Positions 54,552 to 64,000 of a DNA stretch of 64,000 nt are shown piece after piece. The notes beneath the pieces were generated by a model. The model was not told the DNA's origin. It worked only from the letters and a program-made list of their open reading frames with translations, and did no database searches. Made by a program: the position numbers and the translations under genes. Position 1 is the first letter of the stretch. Each line of letters begins with the position of its first letter. This DNA comes from Tetramitus jugosus (lineage: Eukaryota; Protista; Heterolobosea): assembly GCA_937625935.1 (NCBI GenBank), contig OW569359.1, positions 310,001 through 374,000 of the forward strand, read 5' to 3'.

Positions 54552-54681
54552 TGTTTATTGTATCTCTCTTGGAGCATTGTACAAATGGTTGTTTGGTCAA
54601 CGCGCTGGCGCGAATTCAACCTGGATAAACTGTTTTTGGGTTTTTTTTTTTTTGGTGTTTGTTTTTTTTTTTTTTTTTTTG

Positions 54682-55383
54682 TTAATGTAACATTTGAGAC
54701 TCAATATACTTGACAACATCAGCTCTTGTTCGATTCACAATCCACCCAGTTATTATTGTTGCTCCCATCTCCTCGACTACTGATTCTACTGTGGTGTCAT
54801 ACACAAGTAGACCCACATTGTATGCATCTAGAGTGCAATGAGTGTGGAGACTACCTGAGATGTACCTTTCGAACCATGTTCGAGGGCATTCAGCGGAGTA
54901 CAATAACACCCGGTTGATCCCAGGAACCGACAGAACAACTAAATGGGTGCGTTCCGGGAGGGACACTTGTTGCACACCATTGACAAAAAGAGAGAAGTAC
55001 CTTGAGCGGACTGGAAGCAATGCATTGGTGTCCAATTGCATCTTCAAACAACGTCCTACGCTTTCCAGGGCAACTTCACGACATATGTTGAATACTTCCC
55101 CGGCGATCAGTTCATGTCTGAGCCAACTGTGTATAAATCTCTCCCATTTACGACAGTTTCGCAATTCCATCACATCCAAATAAAGTTCCAATACTAACAC
55201 CTTGCACCTTAGCTTCTTCAGTCTCTTATGAACATTTCTGCTCTGTCCTATTTTTGAGCCGTTACATTCATTTGATGAGAGCACATAAATGCACTCCCCT
55301 ATGTTCTTTAATTGTGCATAATTTGCCACCTTACCATTGACTGTAATAAAACACTGAATCATTGAACAAACAAAAGAAAACAA
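54682..55383 (-). CDS. T5orf172/MUG113-type GIY-YIG nuclease domain protein (N-terminal exon deleted in this copy)
   Basis: CIYVLS...KIGQSRNVHKRLKKL...WERFIHSWL...GEVF fits the T5orf172 pattern IY..KIG.S.N..RL..L..E..IH..L..GE.F. Confidence 0.78.
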   Translation of the reverse strand: MFSFVCSMIQCFITVNGKVANYAQLKNIGECIYVLSSNECNGSKIGQSRNVHKRLKKLRCKVLVLELYLDVMELRNCRKWERFIHSWLRHELIAGEVFNICREVALESVGRCLKMQLDTNALLPVRSRYFSLFVNGVQQVSLPERTHLVVLSVPGINRVLLYSAECPRTWFERYISGSLHTHCTLDAYNVGLLVYDTTVESVVEEMGATIITGWIVNRTRADVVKYIESQMLH

Positions 55384-55544
55384 ATAGTTATTATTGAGTT
55401 AACGTGGTAGTGTCTTGTTTTATTTTTTTGTTTTTATAGCTTGTTGTTTGTGATGGATTGATGTCATGATGGGTCGAGGTTCAGTGTATCTATATAGGTT
55501 GAGGATCAACAGAAACAAAAACAAACAACAAGAAGTACTTCAAC

Positions 55545-56892
55545 ATGTCTAAAGGTCAGTGGCAGACTATAAGTTTTCATTTGCTGAGAGCATTGAGTGC
55601 AATGATGGAAGTACAGAGTGCTTTGGGGAGCGTTGACGCCGGAGAGGTGAATGTTGGCTCCGATATGACGGTGAGAGAGTGTCTGAGAGTCATGGATCGA
55701 AGCACTTGTGTGGAGAAAAGATCTGGGGAGACAAGCGAAGAGCCACATAAAGGTACCGCTACTATGGATCAACCAATTAATGAAGAAAGGTCTGTGCTTG
55801 CACAAAAAGGGAAATGCGCATTGGTTCAACTGAACAGCGCAACACCTAGCACAAACCGTGTCAAAGGAAATCAGCGTAGGGGGAAAAAGGGTCCAAAGGT
55901 GCTCTACAAACCATATTGGCAAGAACCTTCTGAGATTATCCAAGAGGGAATGACAATCAGGTTCTACAGCAATGAAGAAGAAGTACGCTCCAAGCTTCGT
56001 CATTTCATTTTGAATAAGATTAAGCCTGAGCACGGATGATAGAATCAAGGAGTATGTGGTCAGTGGTGTTCTAATTGAGATTCCAATGGAACAAGCATTG
56101 TTTATTGCTTCCATAGCAATGATTCCTCGTGAAGCAGATGCGACTCGCCCCAGAGAGATCTTGGACTTCACAAAACTGAACAAGTACATTCTTGATGCTG
56201 ACTGTCGTTTGCCATCTAGGGGCGATCTGGTCTCGTTGGTGAACAATTACTCCTTTGCGGCCTCTGTGGACATCAAATCTTGCTACACCAACATCAAACT
56301 GCATCCAGACTATCAAACCTACTGTTGTATCAGCTGGAGAAAGAAGGTGTACAAGTTCACGCGTGTTCCCTTTGGAATCAAGTGTGCGCCGGCGTGTTGC
56401 CAAACTGTCACATCCTTTCTCTCAAAGGAATCCACTGTTGTTTATTTGGATGATTTCCTTCTGTTCAGCAATAGTGAAGAAGATCTAGCACAAAGGCTCC
56501 AAGACCAAGTATTGACGCTTGAGAGAAATGGATTGCCGATCAATGCTTCCAAGTCGGTGTTAGTACCACAACAAGAGATCGCATTCTGTGGTTACTTGTT
56601 GCGCTTTGGAGAGAACAAGGGTGTCTTCACAACGGATAAGCACCTCAAAGACCTTTCGTTGTATGTCAAGCTCTTGTCGACAAAGGAGAGCATTGACTTG
56701 ATCACCTGGCGAAGTTTTGTTGGCAAGTACAACTGGTGTCGAGCCAGACAAGAGGACGAGAGAGTCCATGCAAAGCTTGTTGCACTCATGAATGAGTGCG
56801 ACAGCTCCACTAACCACATTGTGCTCGATCATGTCGCCAGAGCCATGCTCGACAATATGGTCGCACAATGTTCTCTTCCTTTTAACTATTGA
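55545..56892 (+). CDS. DIRS-like reverse transcriptase split over two frames (55545-56039 and 56014-56892), no RNase H
   Basis: W..SEIIQEGMTIRF; then GVLIEI, REILDFTKLNKYI, SVDIKSCY, YKFTRVPFGIKCAP, VYLDDFL, INASKSVLVPQQEIAFCG, RSFVGKYNW, stop ~45 aa later. Confidence 0.85.
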
Positions 56893-57113
56893 TTTTGTGT
56901 GGTAGGTGCTTGGTCAGTCAAGAACGAATTTGTCCTCGTCAATGCGGCTGCTCTTGACAGCTGTAAGTGACAAGGAAGTCAATGGGCCAAGAGGGAGTGA
57001 GAACAAATTCGTTCTTGAGTGATGGAGCATCAACTGTTGCAAAACAAAACAAAAAAAATTACGACTGGTTGTAAATAAACCGGGCGAGAACGAATCCCTG
57101 ATTTTCTGTGTCC

Positions 57114-57185
57114 GGGGGGTTAGCTCAGCGGTAGAGCATCTGACTCCAGATCAGCAGGTCGGGCGTTCAATTCGCTCACTCCTCA
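57114..57185 (+). tRNA. tRNA-Trp(CCA)
   Basis: GGGGGGT/ACTCCTC acceptor (two G-U pairs), GCTC/GAGC, CTGA-CTCCAGA-TCAG, GGGCG-TTCAATT-CGCTC, TTTTT at ~57195. Confidence 0.92.
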
Positions 57186-57268
57186 AGAAGAATATTTTTC
57201 ATTCTTTTTGACTGCTTCCTCACAAAACGTTTCAAATTTTTAACAGATCGCACCTGTGGTTGGATAGT

Positions 57269-60200
57269 ATGATTCATCGTCCAATAAGGGCTCAGAGTTT
57301 AGTTTTTATCGAACCTGAATTGTACCATGACTCTGTTCGTTCTCCTTCCCACTCAGACGATGAAGATGACACTGAAGTGACCAGTTTGATAATAAAACGA
57401 CTCTCAACTCATTTAGAAGCTCTAAAAATTGAAATAATGAAGCGTTTAGGGCTGTTCATTAGTGAAGAAGAGCTACTAGAGTTGAAGGATATGAACACAA
57501 TCGAGAGAGACCAGTCTCTAGTAACAAGTATGTTTCTTCTCGATGATGAAATCAAATTACTGCTTAAATATTGGAAAGAAGAAGTCGTTTTGAGAGTCAA
57601 GAGTGGAATGATAAGGAAGGAAGATCAAGAATCATACCTTCAACAACAATTCATGTCGAGCGATACATCCGAGATGGAAAAACAGATTGCCCTCTTGACC
57701 CAAAGTATCAAAGTATGATGTTTGATTGTTGTGAGTGTGCAGTAGCAACCATAGTACTCAATACGCCCTAACTTTGCTCCCTTGTTCGATCATTATGATA
57801 ATAGGATCAAGAACAACTGACGAACAAACAATCAACAGACATAATGCTTCTGTCCTCTTTGATCAATAGACGAGAACAAATGTTGGATATCCAGCGAAAA
57901 CAATATTTACAGGAAGTAATGCTCCTTGAGAGTGAGAAGAAAAGAAATACAAATGTAAATCCGATTCCATCCAAGAAACCGCCCGCACAATCAGATTTGC
58001 ATAACATGATACACTGTCTCCATCAGAGTTTGGTTCAGAAAATGAAAGACGTAGGAATACTAGTGAACAGATTGAGGGTTGTTTCGAATGACATAGATCT
58101 TAACTTTAATAGTAACCTATCACCTAGGAAGAAAAAGAACTGGGAGAATGAAATTGAGAGTATTGAACGAGAATCCGAGAACCTTGCGACTCTACCTGTA
58201 CGATGCAAGGAATGTGAACAATTCAAGGAGATAATAGAGTCACTTCGAAGAGAACTATCGAACGAGAGGTTGATTGGAAAACTACGATTCGAGAATGTTC
58301 AGCAACAAAAACTATTGAACAAAACTCAGGAGAAAAGAGTTCAAGATGAAGATGAAGAAGAGAAAGTTAGAAGACGAGATCAAAGTGCTCTTGTATTCAA
58401 GTTGCAGGAGAGAATATCTAGAATGTCAGCGATTATTAATGCGAAAAACAACGAACTTGATGAGAAAGGGAAAGAAATTGACAACTTAAATCAAAAAAAT
58501 AAGAAGCTGCAGAGCAGAGTCCGTATTCTGACAACCGATCTCCAGAAAACCACACAAGATCGAGATCATGAAAAAAGCAAGTTCGAGGATTCAATGGTAT
58601 CTTATCATCGATTGTTAATGATGAAGGAGGATCTTCTATCGAGACTTGTACTCGCACAGAGGGACATTGACACAATAATAGTGGAGAAAGAGAGACTCGA
58701 ATCAGAAAGAGAACCAAAGAATGACGTTAGAGAAATGTTTTCTCAAACAGATTCCACAGTTGAAATGTTGAGAACGATACACAAAGAGAGTCAAGTGGAT
58801 TTTATTACAAGGAATGAAGTGCATGACTCAGAAACACAAACGAGTATCATTAACATTGAAGAGCTAGAGTATCTTTCTACCTCAAGAGTATCAAAGAACT
58901 CAATCGACGATATTATTCATCTACCAAATTCTAATCTCCCATTACCACTAACCTCTCCAAAAAGGTCCAACCACAGTACACATCTATTTCCGCCTTCCAA
59001 CGATCCCAATAATTCAAACCCCATTTCCGAACTGGATTTCAAACATGAAACTGAATCTCAACAAAGGAAGAAGGTTAAGAAGCCCAAACATAGTCCGATA
59101 ATATCCCTCACCGAGCAGCTTCTGAAGTTCAAACCAGAGGAAAATGATTGTGTTACTAGTTTAGAGAGATGTAAGACGCATGATCGAAAGTTTGAAGAGT
59201 CAATTATGTGTTCAGATATGTGTAATCTAGACTCAATAGAGAATGAATCTCTCTCAACAAGAGAGAGTACGAAAAGTGAATGGAATCAACCCATAGAAAA
59301 AATCAAAGAGGATTGCACCGAAGTTGAGAATGAAGAAACTTTAATCAATGATAAATATGTAGACAGTGAGACAACAGTCAGTACTCCCAGAAAGAAAACT
59401 CTTGATGGACTTAAGTCAACAATTGTTGTTCAAGATATTAACATTCCTAAGGGAAACATGGGAATTGAAGAAGCACGAAATATCTTTTCGCTTAAGAACA
59501 ACGCGAAGATCATTCAAGAAGAACCAGTAATCCCAGAAGATGTTAAGATCAATTCAGTGCAATATCAAGGGATGAGTCAGCCTCGGAAACGCCTCACCAT
59601 GATAGACGACACTAGCGGCGAAGAAAAAACAGACCAGCTACTTCTCGCGTCTGATACTGATTCTTTCTCAGATGAGAGTGATGACATCGAGTTGGTAGGG
59701 CATGGTGTACCTACTTCAGCTCTTATGGTAACGAGTGAGAAGCATTTCTATCAATTAACGGAACAAAAAGAAGCCACTCAATCTGAAACGAACTGCTCTC
59801 ATCTGGAAGAGACAACAAAGAATGAAAAATATATGGCTATCGAAGATGATAAGAAAATGTTAAAATCATTCGTGGGAGAAGATCGGTTGACAAGTACCCC
59901 TTTTTCCGTTTCGATTCGTCGTAAGAAAGAAAGTAAGGCATCCCGCAACAAAATGGAGAAGTTAATATCTCATGTTGTTGATATCAGGAATGGGTTGAGA
60001 GAGCTCAACAATGTGAAACAGGAAGCGAGAGATGTTTTTTCTAAAACAGAAGGATTCAATCATGAGAACCAGCATAGAACTGAAGAAGATGTCAAGTTGC
60101 TCTTTGAGAAAGAACTCCAAACACTCGAGAAAATAGAAGCTAGGACTCGACAAATGTATCAAAAGATTGCCTATCGGAAAAGAAAGCTGATTCAAGAACA

Positions 60201-60894
60201 ACAAAAGAAATGGGAGATGGTGTTGAGTGCCTCCAATACTATGTCACAAATGAATTCAGAAGAAAGAAATCGAATATTTTTGTTCCTCCAAGATGAAGAA
60301 GAGGATGAAGAAGATGAAGAAAGGGCAATGAAAGACCATAGGAAAGATGGAGATGATACTTTAGAAAGGAACAATCCAAAGAGACTCAGAAAACTCAACA
60401 GTTCATTTTTGTTTCGAGAGACAGACAATCAAGAGAGGCTGGATGATTCTAACATTCTGGAGGGACATTCACTAAATCCCAACCACCTAAAGTCAGCAAA
60501 CAGACTCTATACCTCTACCAACTCCATTGACATATCGAACCAAAAGGTCAACTCAAACCAGATATTTTGTTCACCCCCAAAAGAATTGCCCAGAATATTT
60601 TCTGAGAGACCTCAGTCAGCAGTTTTAATCCTGAAAGATGTAGATTTAAGTTTCAAGATTCGTGGAAAGAATGCTCTGTCGACTAAGAAGAGTGTTGACC
60701 AGACAACCTTGACAAGAAAACTTCCAGTTCAACTGAAAAAAGTCAACCCCACTGACAGACTGCCTCGAGTGACATCCGCAATGAGTTATTACGACCAACA
60801 TGGAGAAAGTAAAACGAATAACTACCTAAAGGAGAAACCTATACCTCCTGCTCGGCGTTCACAGAGCGTTCCTCTGACAGATCGGCCCCGCTGA
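57269..60894 (+). CDS. Large coiled-coil protein of unknown function, 2 exons, intron 57713-57804
   Basis: GTATGA...CCTAAC...ATAG 92-nt phase-0 intron joins ORFs 57260-57718 and 57844-60894 in frame; E/K-rich heptads. Confidence 0.7.
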
Positions 60895-60915
60895 CAAATA
60901 CCTGTGATAATAATG

Positions 60916-63474
60916 TTATTTATTTTCTTGTTGTTCAGGAGATAGTAGTAGTTTAGCTCGCTGATTATTCTTTGTGAGTTGACTGATAAGAAGTCTAAGA
61001 TTGTTAGAATTATCAGATCCTTGTACAGTTGTCGATATCGCTTGATCTAACCGCTTCGAATCAGATCTAATCTCATTTAGCACGTTCTTCAGCTTCGATA
61101 CGACATTCTTTTGATTTAGCAATTTCTCCAAGTCCTTCTCTAGAGACCTGTTTGCAAACAATAAATGTTCGTTCTCGGTGCGCAAACGATTTATATCTTT
61201 TTCGCTAGTTTGAAGGAGCATGTGCTGCTTTTCAAGTTGTTTTTCCCTCTCTTCGATCGTACTAACCAAATAGTTGTAAGGTTGAGAGACCTTGTCAAGT
61301 TGAACTTTTGATCTCCCCAGTTGTTCCGTGAGTACAGCAATATTATCATCTTTCTTTGATAGTAAATTCTGTTGCTCCTGAATCAACTTCTCTAAATCAG
61401 ATACTTTTCTCACCAGGTATAAACTGTACTTCATTCTCCTTGTTGCGTTCGAAGGAATCAAGGTCGTCATATCACTTGCCATCCTCCGATCAATATCGTC
61501 CTTGAAGGAACCCATGCCCTCTAAAGCTTTGTCTAATTCGGTTTCTATATTTTTGTAATTACTTAATTCCTTCGACAAGGAATCCAATTGAGTTTCAAGT
61601 TGAGCAATTCTCCTCTCACTATCAGTTTGCAACTTGTAATATCCAGATTTTAGTACGTCAATTTTTTTTCTCATCACCTCGTTTTCACCTTGGTATTGTT
61701 TTAGGTTATTGTTGGCTTCAATTAAAGAGACATTCAGAGTTTCATTTTTAAATGTCTTTAAATTCAACTGTGAATTCAACTCGTTCAATTGCTTCTCCAA
61801 AGTATTCTTTAGTGTTGTGTACTCCATGCTGAGTTGTTCGTGGGTTTCGTTAGCTTCACGAAGCTGACTACGCAACTTATCGCATCGACCCTCAACTTGC
61901 TCCTTGGCCTCTCTTAACATTCGGCTTTCTCTCTCAAAAGTTTCTTGAGTGTTTTGCTTGATGGCCGCTAACTCTTTCTTCATCTTTTCTCTCATGCGTT
62001 TGACTTCGGCATGCATATTCCGGTCTGCATCAATTTTAGTTTCATCCTTGAAACTTAGAAGTCTCTCATAGAACTCCTTCTTCTGTTTCTTTGTCTCTCT
62101 ATATCTTTCATCCAGTCTATCGTAATCGTCTTGCAATTTGGTCATGCGTGAGTTTAATTGTTCATTCTCCTTAGTCAAATACATCTTATCGTTCTTCAAT
62201 AGTTCCAGTTGTTGCGTCAGAGATGTGACCTTCTTCACAAATTCATCATTTTCACTCTCTGTCTTGTGTAACTTCATTTCTAGAACCTCCATATGATGTT
62301 GCTGCTTGTTGTAATTTGATTCACAATCCTCTAATTTGTGTTTGACTTCGTCGAATAGCTCTGCTTTCGCTTTGCATTCCTCATACAACATTATTTTTTC
62401 CGTTAAATCATGGGACAGCCTCTCATACTTTGCGCCCTCTAACTCCAACTCAGTTCTGTATTGACGATCCATCTCTTCTTTCAACTTGCTCAAATACTGT
62501 GATTGATTCCTCAACTTCTCAAACTCGCCCACTGTTCTCTGAAGGTTCTCATTCAGTATGGAGTTTTCCTTCCTCAATGATGAAAGATCGTGTTTTAACT
62601 CGGTGGTGATTTCATATACTTTACACTGAACAAATTCCTTCACTGTTTGTTCTTCTTCGAGCGTTTTTTTAATCTCAATGTATTCAACATCCGTGACCAG
62701 TATTTCATCCTTCAAAATTTGTTTCAAATGCTCGTTCACTGGTCTCTCCCGTTCAAGTTTTGATATCTTCTCCTGTAATTCCTCCACCTTCCTCCTTGTT
62801 TGAATTTGTATTTGTTGGACATTTTTCTCATTATGTTGTACAATGGCATTCAATCTAATTGCCTCAATCTCGTATTGATGTTTCTCGGCGTCAAAACGAG
62901 CTTCCATCTCTGATATCTTAGCCTGGTAGTCACGATGCACTTTGTCAAGCTCCAATTTTTTCTGTTGTAACTCTTGTTGTAACGTATTGGAATAGGAATC
63001 CAGCTTGTACCGCGTGGAAGAAAACTTCATTTTTGGTGATAGCATACTCATGTTTGGTGTCTTCAGCTCGGACAAATCTCCACCCATAACATTCGGTGAG
63101 TGAATACCAATACTCGATGGAGAGCTAATCAACACACTTTCAGAAGGTCGTACCATTGGAATCAATCCGACTCCTCCAACAAATCCATCCAATGAATGAA
63201 TAGATGAAGGACTCGCGAAATAGCTCAAAATAGGCTCTTCTTGATGACTACCGCTATTGTTGCTTGTGTCACCCTCTTCGTGCGTGTAATACTCCTTGTC
63301 CGCGAAGCTAGCTTCCTCTTCCTCTGTCTCTGCTTCACTGTTTGAGCTAATGTCCTTGAGCAATTTGTCATACTCATCCTGATTCAAGGGAGTCTCTATT
63401 TGGGTTCTCTTCAGTATGCGATCCAGCAAATTTTTATGATACTGACTGTGATCACTGTTACTATGCCGACTCAT
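60916..63474 (-). CDS. PIBF1: PIBF1/CEP90-like centriolar coiled-coil protein
   Basis: Long coiled coil with EFVQCKVYE, LKNDKMYL, IPSNATRRMKYSLYLVRKV and SQPYNYLVSTI motifs characteristic of PIBF1. Confidence 0.8.
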   Translation of the reverse strand: MSRHSNSDHSQYHKNLLDRILKRTQIETPLNQDEYDKLLKDISSNSEAETEEEEASFADKEYYTHEEGDTSNNSGSHQEEPILSYFASPSSIHSLDGFVGGVGLIPMVRPSESVLISSPSSIGIHSPNVMGGDLSELKTPNMSMLSPKMKFSSTRYKLDSYSNTLQQELQQKKLELDKVHRDYQAKISEMEARFDAEKHQYEIEAIRLNAIVQHNEKNVQQIQIQTRRKVEELQEKISKLERERPVNEHLKQILKDEILVTDVEYIEIKKTLEEEQTVKEFVQCKVYEITTELKHDLSSLRKENSILNENLQRTVGEFEKLRNQSQYLSKLKEEMDRQYRTELELEGAKYERLSHDLTEKIMLYEECKAKAELFDEVKHKLEDCESNYNKQQHHMEVLEMKLHKTESENDEFVKKVTSLTQQLELLKNDKMYLTKENEQLNSRMTKLQDDYDRLDERYRETKKQKKEFYERLLSFKDETKIDADRNMHAEVKRMREKMKKELAAIKQNTQETFERESRMLREAKEQVEGRCDKLRSQLREANETHEQLSMEYTTLKNTLEKQLNELNSQLNLKTFKNETLNVSLIEANNNLKQYQGENEVMRKKIDVLKSGYYKLQTDSERRIAQLETQLDSLSKELSNYKNIETELDKALEGMGSFKDDIDRRMASDMTTLIPSNATRRMKYSLYLVRKVSDLEKLIQEQQNLLSKKDDNIAVLTEQLGRSKVQLDKVSQPYNYLVSTIEEREKQLEKQHMLLQTSEKDINRLRTENEHLLFANRSLEKDLEKLLNQKNVVSKLKNVLNEIRSDSKRLDQAISTTVQGSDNSNNLRLLISQLTKNNQRAKLLLSPEQQENK

Positions 63475-63585
63475 TCTCTCCCCAATGTCTCCACGATCAA
63501 TCGTAAATGACAGAAGAAAAAAGCGCGCCAAACGATGGAGGAAAAATTTTACTTGAATTATCCTTCGTGCTGAGTATCTTCCATC

Positions 63586-64000
63586 CTAATTGTTCTTCTT
63601 TGTTGATGCTGGGGTTGTTGGGCTGGCTGCTGGAGAGCTAGTAATGGTGGTGGTGGTGGTGGTTGGAGAGGTAGTCTCACCACGAACCATCTTTGCTTCC
63701 TTGACTCTTGCGTGCAGATCCAAATTATCTTGATAAATGGCGGCCAATCGCACCAAAACAATCGCCAGAGTAAAGCTCATGATGGACATGTAAAAATTTC
63801 TCTGATTTCTAAAGACTTTGGTCTGATGCAAGATCATGGTTTCAAAATTGTTTGAATTGAGAGGAGCACCCTTTTGAATTCCCAATTGCTTATCACTGAA
63901 TGAGAGATAGGATTGGAAGGCCAGGAGAGCACTGATTCCAGCGATCACAAACAGTGCATTTCTCAGTCTGTTCACTCCCTTGATCATGGCACGTCTCAGA
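63586..64000 (-). CDS. BAP29/BAP31 family ER membrane protein, partial (5' end outside window)
   Basis: TM helix, KVFRNQRNFYMSIMSFTL (FRxQRN motif), C-terminal KKNN dilysine signal. Confidence 0.75.
   Translation of the reverse strand, partial: LRRAMIKGVNRLRNALFVIAGISALLAFQSYLSFSDKQLGIQKGAPLNSNNFETMILHQTKVFRNQRNFYMSIMSFTLAIVLVRLAAIYQDNLDLHARVKEAKMVRGETTSPTTTTTTITSSPAASPTTPASTKKNN

Larger units (their letters stand above)
54552..57128 (+). mobile_element. Copy B of the DIRS-like RT / T5orf172 element, inserted in tRNA-Trp and supplying its 5' end
   Basis: Starts right after the tRNA stub, ends with flank + GGGGGGTTAGCTCAG continuous with the complete tRNA; divergent nuclease and RT ORFs. Confidence 0.88.

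Noticed and set aside
55506-56246. 246-aa minus-strand ORF (and its 219-aa twin at 47276-47935)
   Set aside because: Antisense shadow of the RT region with a non-ATG start and no recognisable motif; its recurrence is explained by copy identity.

Overview
Gene-dense eukaryotic (protist) DNA with few, short GT-AG introns. The RCC1/LRR/BTB expansions and a bacterial-type mitochondrial Pol I suggest a heterolobosean or other discobid (inference only). About 20 host genes are present (ARP4, chromate transporter, RCC1-EGF receptor kinase, PolA, MUS81, Sec8, SLC25 carrier, TauE, DDHD lipase, PIBF1, BAP31 and others), plus four tRNA genes (Gly-GCC, Ser-AGA, Tyr-GTA, Trp-CCA). Essentially all mobile DNA sits immediately 5' of the tRNA genes and belongs to two interacting systems. 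(1) L1-like APE-RT non-LTR retrotransposons insert head-to-head with tRNA genes. Their TSD boundaries fall at -29 (one subfamily) or about -40 (the other), and they form stacked arrays that include one intact ORF1+ORF2 copy. (2) An apparently unusual element pairs a DIRS-like RT that has no RNase H or recombinase with a divergently encoded T5orf172/GIY-YIG nuclease. It inserts inside tRNA-Trp at nt 14-15 and carries at its own end a new upstream flank plus the tRNA 5' end, which rebuilds the gene. Three tandem copies are interleaved with L1 insertions and record the order of events.
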